The notes under the pieces were generated by a model that was not told the DNA's origin, did no database searches, and was given only the letters and a program-made list of their open reading frames with translations. The position numbers were made by a program, and so were the translations under genes. A stretch of 63,236 nt of DNA, the filler included, from Welwitschia mirabilis (Eukaryota), in assembly GCA_051453625.1 (NCBI GenBank). It is 4 parts of one record of this genome, joined end to end, with 100 filler letters (N's around TTAATTAATTAA, not from the genome) between each part and the next. Parts side by side here need not be neighbours in the genome. Positions count along the whole stretch, not along the records: positions 1 to 22,660 come from JBOZIK010000001.1; positions 22,761 to 51,424 come from JBOZIK010000001.1; 2 more parts are not named here. One strand, 5' to 3'. Positions within the stretch are counted from its first letter, which is position 1; every line of letters begins with the position of its first letter. Positions 13,785-27,113 of the stretch are shown piece after piece.

Positions 13785-14644
13785 ATCTCCCCCTTTAACA
13801 TTGATGGAAAATAATACTTAGTTTTAAAAATATTTAAAATTGAGAAGACTTCTCCTTACAAAATATCTATCATTCTTTGCAAAATGTTAAGCCTTTTAAA
13901 ACAAATAAANNNNNNNNNNNNNNNNNNNNNNNNNNNNNNNNNNNNNNNNNNNNNNNNNNNNNNNNNNNNNNNNNNNNNNNNNNNNNNNNNNNNNNNNNNN
14001 NNNNNNNNNCATTTTAATAAGTCTAATTTGATGCTAAAATAAAAACAATTTAATATGTACATTTGGAGAGTTAAAAACACAATATTTATGAAAAGCACAT
14101 TTTGATCACATAAATTTTATCTCTTTGATTATTTAAAAATTCATTGCAAATATAAAATAACATCACACAATATTTTAGACAGTTGTAGTTCATTGCAAAT
14201 ACAAGATATACATCATTTGGATCCTTAAGTTTTATTATGAAAAACTTTTAAGCTCATACAGATCTTTGAATCATATAAAAAAAATAAATGAAACAAAAAT
14301 TGAAAGCATAAAACCAAGTGCATTTTTATTTAATTAAACANNNNNNNNNNNNNNNNNNNNNNNNNNNNNNNNNNNNNNNNNNNNNNNNNNNNNNNNNNNN
14401 NNNNNNNNNNNNNNNNNNNNNNNNNNNNNNNNNNNNNNNNACACAAATTGAAAGCATAAAATCAATTGCATTTTTATTTAATTAAACATAAGCATTACAA
14501 AGTAAAAGTGCTCATCAAGAGTAGACTACATTTCAAAGCATAAGAAACAAAGAGACATACAACTAATTCTTTCCCTTTTGACATTATTAACAAAAGAGAA
14601 AATAAAATCACATAATTAAAAACATAATCAAATGAAAAAAATCT

Positions 14645-15665
14645 AATCGAATTCCTTCTCTTCTTCTTCTTCCTCTTCAGAATCTTCTTCTTATTCTTCT
14701 CCTCTCATGAATGTTGAGATAGTGGCTTTTGTTAAGTATCAGTAATGTCATACCAATTGCTATGAGGGCTTCTTTTATATGTTTGCTATGGGAATCAATC
14801 CATCTTAGATATGAAAGAGTCTCATCAAGAGAGGCTTTCTTTGGAGAGGATGATTTTGAGAAATTCTTAGAAGAAATAAAGATATGCATGTAGGATAGTA
14901 TTGCATGCTTAATGGGTGTCATGGATTGGAGGATTTCAAGCTTAGGATGAAAAGGTACATGAAAATGATGACACAAAGTTATGATAAGCACAAAGTAGGA
15001 TAAGGCCCTAAACCTATGGTACTTCAACTAGGAGATCATATTATTTAGTATGATGGCAGAATTATTAATAGAATGCTCAGTTTCTACCAGATATATCAGA
15101 TATGCTCTATAGCTAGAGGCCTCATCATGATGCTTGACTACTAACAGAAAATTATAAGTAAAGATCAAATGAAGAAAATTGTATTTGGGTGTAAGCAAGG
15201 AAGTGAAAATGGTGTGTTTTTAAGTGTGAGTCNNNNNNNNNNNNNNNNNNNNNNNNNNNNNNNNNNNNNNNNNNNNNNNNNNNNNNNNNNNNNNNNNNNN
15301 NNNNNNNNNNNNNNNNNNNNNNNNNNNNNNNNNNNNNNNNNNNNNNNNNNNNNNNNNNNNNNNNNNNNNNNNNNNNNNNNNNNNNNNNNNNNNNNNNNNN
15401 NNNNNNNNNNNNNNNNNNNNNNNNNNNNNNNNAAGAAAAGGATAAGTGAAACCAGAAACATCAAGGAAATAGCCAAGATCCTAATTTCTCAAAAGCTAAA
15501 TCACCTCCCTTAATTCTCTAAGCTCTAAAGTAGCTAGAGACCATTCTTGACATATAAGGTTCTTTTCAAACTTCTGTGAAAACTTCTCAATATCTTCTTA
15601 AGACATCCCCTAGTAGAAGTACGAGGGATCTCTTACTAAGATTCCTTGACTCTCTTTCCTAAAGA
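14645..15665 (-). pseudogene. Degenerate extra ORF (env-like / plant-transposon-protein type ORF2) of element B
   Basis: ORF 14677-15027 (ALSYFVLIITLCHHFHV...DETLSYLRWIDS..HIKEAL) is homologous to the 49322-50459 ORF and ends in an acidic tail. It lies between PR and PPT. The start falls in a gap. Confidence 0.65.
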
Positions 15666-17079
15666 NNNNNNNNNNNNNNNNNNNNNNNNNNNNNNNNNNN
15701 NNNNNNNNNNNNNNNNNNNNNNNNNNNNNNNNNNNNNNNNNNNNNNNNNNNNNNNNNNNNNNNNNNNNNNNNNNNNNNNNNNNNNNNNNNNNNNNNNNNN
15801 NNNNNNNNNNNNNNNNNNNNNNNNNNNNNNNNNNNNNNNNNNNNNNNNNNNNNNNNNNNNGAGTGAAATTGAGTTCATCAATGGTATTTTCGCACTATGA
15901 TCCATAAGTTCTGATTGACTGGTTGAAGTTCCAATTGACCCATCGAGACACAGGTCTACAGTACAAGAAGGGTCCAGGCGACTGGGCTTTCAGGCTAGTT
16001 AAGCAATCACATCTGGTCAACTAAATCATGAATACGATCGACCACCCTACAGTTAGCTAGAGGAGAGTGAATTAATCCCTAGTTCATGTTTGAAATCGAT
16101 AAAAATATCACAAAATGGGGTTTCACATTAGTATTTTCTAGAAAATGTTTAGTTCTAATGAAATTTAAGNNNNNNNNNNNNNNNNNNNNNNNNNNNNNNN
16201 NNNNNNNNNNNNNNNNNNNNNNNNNNNNNNNNNNNNNNNNNNNNNNNNNNNNNNNNNNNNNNNNNNNNNNNNNNNNNNNNNNNNNNNNNNNNNNNNNNNN
16301 NNNNNNNNNNNNNNNNNNNNNNNNNNNNNNNNNNNNNNNNNNNNNNNNNNNNNNNNNNNNNNNNNNNNNNNNNNNNNNNNNNNNNNNNNNNNNNNNNNNN
16401 NNNNNNNNNNNNNNNNNNNNNNNNNNNNNNNNNNNNNNNNNNNNNNNNNNNNNNNNNNNNNNNNNNNNNNNNNNNNNNNNNNNNNNNNNNNNNNNNNNNN
16501 NNNNNNNNNNNNNNNNNNNNNNNNNNNNNNNNNNNNNNNNNNNNNNNNNNNNNNNNNNNNNTGAGAGCTTAGAAGTAAGAAAAACAAGAGAAAATCATTA
16601 GATCTAAGAGAAAAGCTCTAGATCTAGAAGAAAAAGCTCTATATCTATGAGAGAGAGAAGGCTAGAATACAATAAAAAATGAATCAGACACCTCTTTTTT
16701 TATAGAGATGGTGAAATAGAGCTATTTTAAGAGTGAAATTGGGTTCACCAATGGTATTTTCGCACTATGATCCATAAGGTCTGGTTGACCAGTTGAAGTT
16801 CCAATTGACCCGTCGAGACACAGGTCTACAGTACAGGAAGGGTCTAGGTGACTGGGCTTTCAGGCTAGTTGAGCAATTACATCCGGTTAACTGAATTATG
16901 AATCCGGTTGACCACCCTACAGTTAGCCAGAGGATAGTGAATTAATCCCTAGTTCATGTTTGTGATCGATAAAAATATCACAAAATGGGGTTTCACATTA
17001 GTATTTTACAGAAAATGTTTAGTTCTAATGAAATCTAAGCTAATATTTTTATTTTTATGTTGTAATTTACATAATTTAA

Positions 17080-18413
17080 TTGATCATTACACAAATTTAC
17101 ATGAGCATCTATTCTATCAACATTATCTACTCAATTTGCTGTAAGAACAACAACGTTCGATTTCTTATGCATAATTTCACACTTCAATTTTTTAAAAACT
17201 ATTTTATGATCTTTGTCATACAATTGAGTAATACTTAACAAGTTAAGCTTTAAATTATTTACATATAATACATCATTAAGATTAGGTAATTTACCTTCTT
17301 TAATGCATCCTATACCTTCTATTTTTGCCTTTTAATTATTTTCAAATTAACATATCCTTTATAAATACTTCTGAAGTGTTGAAATTTTGATCTTTCTTTC
17401 ATCATGTGCCTTAAACATCCACTGTTTAACTACCACCTATTTGCACTTAATCCTTTAAAAGTTGTCTATGTTAAAAGACTTTTAAGATTATTAGCTCTTA
17501 CCAACTTAGTCTTATTAGACTTATGTGATAGACTTCTTTTTGGAAAAAATTTAGATGGTAAAGTATTTACTAAATCTGAAAATAGCATTAACTATCTAAT
17601 ATTGTGAAATAACTTTGAATGTCTAATTTTTCCATAAAAATTACAAGAAACTCTAGAAGCAGACTTACATTTCCTGTTTACCTGTTCTTGTGGACTTTGG
17701 AAAATGAAACTAATACTTGATCTATCTCTAGTAGGTTTTCAAACTTCAAGCATCTATTCTAACTTTGAAGAACCACCAAAAAATTTATGAACAANNNNNN
17801 NNNNNNNNNNNNNNNNNNNNNNNNNNNNNNNNNNNNNNNNNNNNNNNNNNNNNNNNNNNNNNNNNNNNNNNNNNNNNNNNNNNNNNNNNNNNNNTCTATA
17901 CCTTTTATTTTTGCCTTTTAATTATTTTCAAAAGTAACATATTCTTTATAAATACTTCTTAAGTGTTAAAAATTTGATCTTTCTCTCATCATGTGCCTTG
18001 AACATCCATTGTCTAAGTACCACCTATTTGCACTTGATCCTTTGAAAGTTGTTTGTGTTAAAAGACTTTTAAGATTATTAGCTCTTATTATTAGCTCTTA
18101 CCAACTTAGTCTTGTTAGACTTATTTAGTAGACTTATTTTTGGAAAAAATTTAGATAGTAAAGTATTTACTAAATTTGAAAATAGCATTAACTTTTTAAT
18201 ATTGTAAAATAACTTTGAATGTCTGATTTTTCCACAAAAATTATAAGAAACTTTAGAAGTAGACTTACATTTCCTGTTTACCTATTCTTGTGGACTTTGA
18301 AAAATGAAACTAATACCTGATTTATCTCTAGTAGGTTTTTGAACTCCAAGCATCTATTCTAACTTTGAAGAACCACCAAAAAATTTATTAACAAAGAAAA
18401 ATAAATCCTTTAT
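17080..18413 (-). pseudogene. C-terminal gag extension and aspartic protease of element B (partly duplicated)
   Basis: Minus-strand KFFGGSSKLE*MLGVQKPTRDKSGI, RWYLDNGCSRHM (~17990-18025) and VLYVNNLKLNLLSITQLYD. Copia pol similarity ends after this. Confidence 0.8.
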
Positions 18414-21400
18414 TATTGCGGTGTGTATTTATGCAACATTTATATCCTAATTAGAATCCTGTTAACCACAAATAATATGCATAAACACAACACAATAATA
18501 TAGATGGGACTGACCCAAATGTCGTAATCCATTAAAGGCCAAAGTATGAAAATAAATGAGTTGCTTTCAAGATAAAAATATGATAATCCAATCCTACAGA
18601 AATAATTTGCAATGCATAAANNNNNNNNNNNNNNNNNNNNNNNNNNNNNNNNNNNNNNNNNNNNNNNNNNNNNNNNNNNNNNNNNNNNNNNNNNNNNNNN
18701 NNNNNNNNNNNNNNNNNNNNATTCTAACTTTGAAGAACCACCAAAAAATTTATGAACAAAGAAAAATAAATCCTTTATTATTATTGTGCGTATTTATGTG
18801 ATGTTTATGTCCTAATTAGAATCCTGTTAACCACAAATAATATGCACAAACATAACACACTAATATAGATGGGAGTAACCCAAATGTCATAATCCGTTAA
18901 AGGCCAAAGTATGGAAATAAATGAGTTACTTTCAAAATAAAAGTATAGTAACCCAAATCTACAAAAATAATTTACAATGCATAAAAATGAAATAAAATAC
19001 ACTGGTGCAAGACTAATATAGAAAAGAAAATAGTAATACACTTAAGCTAACTAAGCACAACCTTGACAAAGGTTGCCCTCATAATCTGTATCACAAAAGA
19101 AGCTTATCACTAAATCTCAAATAACATAAACTATGAGGGAGAAGATCATTCATATATTTAAATACAAAAGAAAATGTTTCATATTAAAAATGCACATCAC
19201 ATCCATATTATAAAGTAGCTGCTTCTTAATGGAGGAAACACCACTCAACAATAAGGAAACATCTCTTTGAAATTACAGAATGGTTCTCCGGTCTTTTGAT
19301 CTCCTATCATAAGTATATTAGATACTATCGAAGATGATTAGAAGTTGAGGAAGAGACCTTTATTTATAGACTTAAAACAAGAAATGAAACTGATAGAAAG
19401 GCACAGGAAAAACCCTAATCACCATGAAAAGAGAAGTCAAAATAAGTGGCAAAAGCTCAGGTAATCATTTAGTGCAAGCACTAGAAAATAGTATCATCTG
19501 TCTGATCGTCTGGACGATATAGGAAACGATGCTGACTGATAGTTAGATCCTTGCCTACTATCAGTCTGACTGCTTGTAATACTTGTCATTGATCAATTAA
19601 CGCAGTCATCCATACTATTGTCCAGACAATTAGGTGGATGATGGTCTTTAATGAATCTTCAATCAATCTAGTTGTTTTATTGTTTATAGGAAATTATCAT
19701 CCAAAATACTGTTTATTCATATTTACACAGAATGCTTGTAATTTAACTGGAAATTACATATTTTCATCTTTTTCATCCTAGTCCTCTATTATCATGAGAT
19801 CTAATCATTTATTTGCCAATTTATTTGCAAAACAACTTAGAATATCCTATCAAATACATGTAAGTTAGTAGTACAACATAGCCCTCACTTATCCTTATCA
19901 ATTCTTAATAAGACCAGATGGTAAACAACATTTGCGAGTTAACTTTTTAAATAATAAAAATAACATGGATATCTGTAGAAATTACCTGAAAAAGATTGGA
20001 AGAATATTTTAAAGGTAGACTGAATTTCTAAAAAATTTAAAACACTGACNNNNNNNNNNNNNNNNNNNNNNNNNNNNNNNNNNNNNNNNNNNNNNNNNNN
20101 NNNNNNNNNNNNNNNNNNNNNNNNNNNNNNNNNNNNNNNNNNNNNNNNNNNNNNNNNNNNNNNNNNNNNNNNNNNNNNNNNNNNNNNNNNNNNNNNNNNN
20201 NNNNNNNNNNNNNNNNNNNNNNNNNNNNNNNNNNNNNNNNNNNNNNNNNNNNNNNNNNNNNNNNNNNNNNNNNNNNNNNNNNNNNNNNNNNNNNNNNNNN
20301 NNNNNNNNNNNNNNNNNNNNNNNNNNNNNNNNNNNNNNNNNNNNNNNNNNNNNNNNNNNNNNNNNNNNNNNNNNNNNNNNNNNNNNNNNNNNNNNNNNNN
20401 NNNNNNNNNNNNNNNNNNNNNNNNNNNNNNNNNNNNNNNNNNNNNNNNNNNNNNNNNNNNNNNNNNNNNNNNNNNNNNNNNNNNNNNNNNNNNNNNNNNN
20501 NNNNNNNNNNNNNNNNNNNNNNNNNNNNNNNNNNNNNNNNNNNNNNNNNNNNNNNNNNNNNNNNNNNNNNNNNNNNNNNNNNNNNNNNNNNNNNNNNNNN
20601 NNNNNNNNNNNNNNNNNNNNNNNNNNNNNNNNNNNNNNNNNNNNNNNNNNNNNNNNNNNNNNNNNNNNNNNNNNNNNNNNAAATACTTGTAAAGCATCAA
20701 AGATTGATCATCTGGTACTATCATTAGGACAATGGATAAGACAATAAGCTTCTGCAAAGGCTTTTCAAAACTGTGACTATGATAGAAATTAATTTTCTTT
20801 ATTAATTAATTAATCATGATAAATAGGCCCCATTATGATAAACAATCCAATATAAAGATAATCATGTAAAAATCAGATAGAATTAGTATAGCATGCTGAA
20901 ATGAAATGATATATCTATATAATAGCAAGAGCTTTTAGTANNNNNNNNNNATCTATGAATGATAAATCCTAGTTTAGGAGTAGGGGAAGAGGAAGGAGGA
21001 TCTGCTGCTTAACTCTCTGCTCGAAAATCTATAATAATGACCCTTATAATCAATAAAAAAATATCAAAAATACTGAAAATATGTCCTTTTCCCCTCCTTC
21101 CCCCTAATAACATATGCAAGAGGTCCTGGATTGTCTAATCGCAAGAAAATAAATGGAGAAAAATGGTTGATCATGATTGAACAGTAAGAAACTACTAAAG
21201 GATTAAAGTCCGAAGAAGAAATAAGAAAATGCAGAAATTACTTTGAAACAGGGGACTTGAAAATAGAAGAAAATTAGAGTGAAAATGGATACAAGAAACA
21301 AGGAAAAGATTGTTTACCTATTCTAAGTACTAACCTAGAAAACTCCAAGGAAAACATCATAACAATACATGAGTAAATATGCATGACAAAATGTATTAAA

Positions 21401-22250
21401 TCCATAAAGTTGATTCAAAAAGGCAGTGGTTATGATGATATTCAAAGTTTCAAGTGTGTAAAATAATAAAGGTCGAAACCAAAAGTTACTTAGAAATGGA
21501 CTCATCTACTTATCCAAAAGTGAAATGATCAAGTGGAAATACTAAGAGTCTAAGAAAAAAGTAATGCCTCTGATAATACCAAGAACATCACCGATCCCTA
21601 ATCTCAAAGTGTTATATTTCTTTTGCCATGATGAAGGGAGTGCAACCATTGTTAAAGGAGTAAAAACCCACAAAGCATGACCTATTGAACCCCTAGTGGA
21701 GTTCCCACAGCTACCATATTATACTACTAAAGGCTCCTCTCAGAAATATTAGCCCTGGTGTAATTGTGATAGGACATCATGGTGACCATGTTTGTAAGAT
21801 ATAATAGAAAACATCACGGCCTTTATTTCACTTTTTTTAANNNNNNNNNNNNNNNNNTATAAAATTTCCACATGATCATACACTAAATAAAGATAAAGGT
21901 GAATAAGTGAGAGAAAAGATAGAAAAGAACACTCCCAAATAACCTAAGATTTAAACACCATTAAAAAAAATACAAGAAACTAAGACATCTTCCTTTAAAT
22001 ATAGTTCATAGACATGGAAATGTCTCAAGATTGAGTGAATCCCATCTTACAACCTATAAATGCGTAAGTATAAAATTAATCATAATACTTTACGAAGTAA
22101 TACATAAGTCAAGTTTGAAAGATGATCAGGTAAAATTATAATATTTAACTAAAGAAGTNNNNNNNNNNTAGGAAGAAAGTCCTCCTCACTAAGGGGAACC
22201 TCCAAAATAAGTGCTTCTATCATGTTCATGATTGCATCTAAAGATCCCTC

Positions 22251-22461
22251 ATATAATTTCAACCGTTACCCATTAACCTTCTGAATCTTTTTAGTTTCCA
22301 AATCTAAAATTTCAACTGAGCCCTTAAAGTGCACTTTCTATATAAGATAAGAACCTAACCATTTAGAGGTTAAATTGTTATTCAAAAGGTAAATTCTAGT
22401 GTTATATAATAAAACAAGTTGACCTGCTTCAAACTTTTTATAAAAAATCCTTTTATCATGT
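22251..22461 (-). pseudogene. Athila-type integrase C-terminal (GPY/F-module) remnant
   Basis: HDKRIFYKKFEAGQLVLLYNTRI...SKWLGSYLI*KV...GSVEI...KVNG*RLKLY resembles Athila HDKxIxxKEFxxGQxVLLYNSRL...SRWSGPF...KVNGQRLKxY. Confidence 0.8.
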
Positions 22462-22660
22462 TTGAACTTTGCGGACTTTATGAATCAATTGATGATATAT
22501 GAAACTAGTTCTTTTTTTATTAAGATGATTTAATTGTACTAACCTATACTTAAGATTTTTAACAAAGTCCATAAGATTGAGTTAATAAGCTGTACAATAA
22601 GAATTATAACACACATCAATTGGTAAGACACAAACTTTACTGTAAATAAGTTTGTAAGAT

Positions 22661-22760
22661 NNNNNNNNNNNNNNNNNNNNNNNNNNNNNNNNNNNNNNNN
22701 NNNNTTAATTAATTAANNNNNNNNNNNNNNNNNNNNNNNNNNNNNNNNNNNNNNNNNNNN
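22661..22760. other. Artificial scaffold linker 44N-TTAATTAATTAA-44N
   Basis: Exactly 100 bp, with a 12-mer carrying stops in all six frames at 22705-22716. Identical construct at 51425-51524 and 58843-58942. Confidence 0.95.
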
Positions 22761-23562
22761 CTACATCATCATCGGAAGGTAAGTCAAAAGGATTTTGGAT
22801 TTCATGTTTTTTTGTTTTGCTATAAGATCTCTTAAGGTAGCATGAGTATTGGGTTAAGAAGAAGTAGAAGTAAGGATTTCAATGATAGGAGGTGGATTTG
22901 GAAAGACAAGTTATTTAAGTTTTTGTTCTGAGTTCAACATGATAGCAAAATCAGACTCTGTAGAATTAAAAGTGGAAATTGCAGGAAAATCAAAATCTTG
23001 CATAACTTTGCTATTTTGATTTGTTTCTACTTCAAGATTTATCAAACCTTTTCTGATGTTTTTAGTAATCATTAGCCACTCTCTCTGGAATTTTTCCTTT
23101 TTTCCAGACTCAACCCTTTATCCTCTATCTTGGATCTATGAAAGTTCCATCTCGTATGTCATTCGGATAATAACCTAGATGATAGAAACATAGAAACCAC
23201 AAGAAAAGGAAAAGCAGAAAACAAAAATTAAAAAAAATAATTTTTTAACTCGAAGGTTAAGAAAATAGAATGTCATCCACTAGTGCTTCTGGATGACAGA
23301 GGAAATGATGATACTATAAAATTTTAGTAGAAAAACGGAAATAAAAAACTTATAGCATAGAGGCAACATAGTCATCTGGATGACAAAGCAGAAGACATTT
23401 TTTTATTACAAAATAGAAAAATAGAATTTGATTTAAAAAATAGAAAACTAACTCTACAAAAATGAGAAACCTACGCTACTGTAAGTACTGTTACACTGCT
23501 ACTACAGTAAGCATCCGAAATACTTACTAAAGCAATGACAACTCTTGAACTCTAAGAAGCCT

Positions 23563-23580
23563 TCCCCGGTAATGGTGCTA
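23563..23580 (-). promoter_or_regulatory. Primer-binding site of element A (Athila type, degenerate)
   Basis: Minus strand TAGCACCATTACCGGGGA, 3 nt from the LTR end. It differs from the Athila consensus TGGCGCCGTTGCCGGGGA only by G>A transitions. Confidence 0.75.
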
Positions 23581-25771
23581 AGATGTTAAAGTGTGTATTT
23601 ATGCAATGTTTATGTTCTAATTAGAATCCTATTAATCACAAATAATATGCACAAACACAATACACTAATATAGATGGGAATGACCCAAATATTATATGGA
23701 AATAAAAGAGTTGCTTTCAAGATAAAAATATGGTAATCCTAACTTACAGAAATAATTTGCAATGCATGAAAATAAAATAAAACACACTTGTATAAGACTA
23801 ATCTAGGGAAGAAAATAATAATGCACCTAAACTAACTAAGCACAACCTTGACAAAGGTTGCCCTCATAATCTATATTACAAAAGAAGCTTGTTACCGAAT
23901 CTCAAATAACATAAACTATAAGGGAGAATATGATTCATACATTTGAACACAAAATAAAATATTTCATATTAAANNNNNNNNNNNNNNNNNNNNNNNNNNN
24001 NNNNNNNNNNNNNNNNNNNNNNNNNNNNNNNNNNNNNNNNNNNNNNNNNNNNNNNNNNNNNNNNNNNNNNNNNNNNNNNNNNNNNNNNNNNNNNNNNNNN
24101 NNNNNNNNNNNNNNNNNNNNNNNNNNNNNNNNNNNNNNNNNNNNNNNNNNNNNNNNNNNNNNNNNNNNNNNNNNNNNNNNNNNNNNNNNNNNNNNNNNNN
24201 NNNNNNNNNNNNNNNNNNNNNNNNNNNNNNNNNNNNNNNNNNNNNNNNNNNNNNNNNNNNNNNNNNNNNNNNNNNNNNNNNNNNNNNNNNNNNNNNNNNN
24301 NNNNNNNNNNNNNNNNNNNNNNNNNNNNNNNNNNNNNNNNNNNNNNNNNNNNNNNNNNNNNNNNNNNNNNNNNNNNNNNNNNNNNNNNNNNNNNNNNNNN
24401 NNNNNNNNNNNNNNNNNNNNNNNNNNNNNNNNNNNNNNNNNNNNNNNNNNNNNNNNNNNNNNNNNNNNNNNNNNNNNNNNNNNNNNNNNNNNNNNNNNNN
24501 NNNNNNNNNNNNNNNNNNNNNNNNNNNNNNNNNNNNNNNNNNNNNNNNNNNNNNNNNNNNNNNNNNNNNNNNNNNNNNNNNNNNNNNNNNNNNNNNNNNN
24601 NNNNNNNNNNNNNNNNNNNNNNNNNNNNNNNNNNNNNNNNNNNNNNNNNNNNNNNNNNNNNNNNNNNNNNNNNNNNNNNNNNNNNNNNNNNNNNNNNNNN
24701 NNNNNNNNNNNNNNNNNNNNNNNNNNNNNNNNNNNNNNNNNNNNNNNNNNNNNNNNNNNNNNNNNNNNNNNNNNNNNNNNNNNNNNNNNNNNNNNNNNNN
24801 NNNNNNNNNNNNNNNNNNNNNNNNNNNNNNNNNNNNNNNNNNNNNNNNNNNNNNNNNNNNNNNNNNNNTAATGTTGAAGATAATTAGGAGTCGAGAGGAA
24901 GAACTTTATCTATAGACTCAAAATAAGAAATGAAACTAATATAAAGGCATAAGAAAAATCCTAATCACCATACAAAGAGAATTTAAAATAAGTGATGAAA
25001 GCTTAGGTAATCATTTAATGCAAGCATTAGAAAATAGTGTCATCTATCTAGTAGTATGAATGATATAGGAGATAACGCCGATTAATAGTTAGATACTCAT
25101 TTACTGCTAGTCTAACTACCTATAAGACTTGTCATTGACTAGTTAACATGGTCATCCATACTTTCATCTAAAACATTAGGTGGACGATGGTCTTTAATGA
25201 ATCTTTAATCAGTCTAGTTGCTTTGTTGTTTGTAGGAAATTATTATCCAAAATACCATTTATTCATATTTGCATAGAATGCTTGTAATTTGGAAATCGCA
25301 TATTTCTATTCTTTTTATCCTGGTTCTCTATTATCATGAGAACTAAGCATTTATCTGCCAATTTATCTGCAAAATAACTCAGAATATCCTATCAAATATA
25401 TGTAAGTTGGTGGCACCACATTTACCTATAATAAGATATTGCGTTATCAGATTTGAGTAAATTATACTTTATTTCTATGTTCTCATTCTTTTCAATAAGG
25501 GACTTTACTATTTTATTTACATAATTTANNNNNNNNNNNNNNNNNNNNNNNNNNNNNNNNNNNNNNNNNNNNNNNNNNNNNNNNNNNNNNNNNNNNNNNN
25601 NNNNNNNNNNNNNNNNNNNNNNNNNNNNATTTAGCTGGAAATCACATATTTCTATCCTTTTTATCCTAGTTCTTTATTATCATGAGAACTAAGCATTTAT
25701 CTACCAATTTATTTGCAAAAAAACTCAGAATATTCTATCAAATACATGTAAGTTGGTGGCACAACATTTAC

Positions 25772-27047
25772 CTATGTTAAGATATTGTGTTGTCAGATTT
25801 GAGTAAATTGTACTTTATTTCTATTTTCTCCTTCTCTTTAATAAGGGACTTTAATACTTTGTTTAGATCATTTATTCTTTTTACTAGCTTTTACATTCTT
25901 CATATAATTTATGACATGTATCCTCTAGCTCATTCTATTCTTCATCAATTATGTCTAAGTCATCAGGATTTGATGTGCTAGGTAAGCTATTAAGAGAAGG
26001 CACAATTACTATGAAGGATAATATTCTGTCTCTATCTAATTCTTGACCTAAACTGTTATCATCATCCTCATCCTCATACCCCATGTTGCAATAAAAAAAG
26101 AATTCCTTGATTTTCTATTGTCTCTTTTGGTGTTTGAGCACTCGTTTGTCATATGACCAAATCCTTTGTAGGAGTAGCATTGGATTTCTTTATCTTTATC
26201 TTGCTTCTTCCTATATTTCAAATGAAATCTTTCGAGCTTCTACTTGACTCACCTTCTTTTTTCCTTCTATGTAAAAACTTCTTAAATCTTCTAGCTAAGA
26301 GATCCACTTCATCATCATTCAAGTCTTCATCTGACTTTTTAGACCTGTATTCTTCTTGCATATAATTCAAGGCAATACCTTTCTTCTTTAATTTAGTAAA
26401 TTTAAGTTTATAAGTTTGTAAATTATCTTGTAGCTCTTTTAGTGCCATTACATTTGTGTTCTTGCTTTCCTCGATGGCTATGACCTTTGGTTTAAATCTC
26501 TTTAGTATAGATTTCACTACCTTTCTGACAACCTTTTCTCCATTCAACCATTCTCCAAGACTTGCCATAGAGTTTACAATATCTGTGAGTCTTGTAAAGA
26601 ACTCCTGTAAAGTTTCCTCCTCATCCATGTGGATGTCTTCAAATATAGAAATAGGCATTTGAAATTTGGCTTGCTTTATAGTTGAAGTTCCTTCATGTAA
26701 TACCTCAAGAACATCCCAAACCTCTTTAGCATGATTACAATTCATTATATATTTAAACTCATCTGCAAATACTATACAAAATATTACATTAAGATTATAG
26801 GCGTCTGTGGTGACTTTGGTTTTATCAGTGGTATTCCATTAATCTTGGGATTTGGGAACTAAAGTGGTAATACCATTGACATCCATTTTTGATAACATAG
26901 GCATAGAATAACCTTTATAGGTAACTTCTTCTATATCTACATCTAGGGATTTAAGAAAAATTCTCATTCTAACTTTTCAATACACATAGTTTAACTCATC
27001 AAACAAGGATAAATAATGGTGGAAAAACTATCAAAGGGATTACTCAT
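25772..27047 (-). pseudogene. gag (N-terminal part, UBN2-type domain, zinc-knuckle remnant) of element B
   Basis: ATG at 27047. NYVY*KVRMRIFLKS, then ORF 26218-26745 (AKEVWDVLEVLHEGTSTIK...EKVVRKVVKSILKRFKPKVIAIEESK...LLARRFKKFL) and a decayed CCHC knuckle at ~26140-26180. Confidence 0.9.
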
Positions 27048-27099
27048 TGTAATATTTTAAAGTCTAGATTGATTAAAATCTAAAGAAGGACTTAACTTA

Positions 27100-27111
27100 T
27101 CTCTGATACCA
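27100..27111 (-). promoter_or_regulatory. tRNA-iMet primer-binding site of element B
   Basis: Minus strand TGGTATCAGAG, 2 nt from the LTR end. Confidence 0.9.
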
Positions 27112-27113
27112 AT

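Larger units (their letters stand above)
18414..25766 (-). mobile_element. Element A: internally deleted Athila-like Ty3/gypsy retrotransposon inserted in the gag of element B
   Basis: LTRs at 23584-25766 and 18414-19878. Athila-type PBS, PPT at 19879-19898, integrase C-terminal remnant. Flanks TTTAT / TTTAC. Confidence 0.8.
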
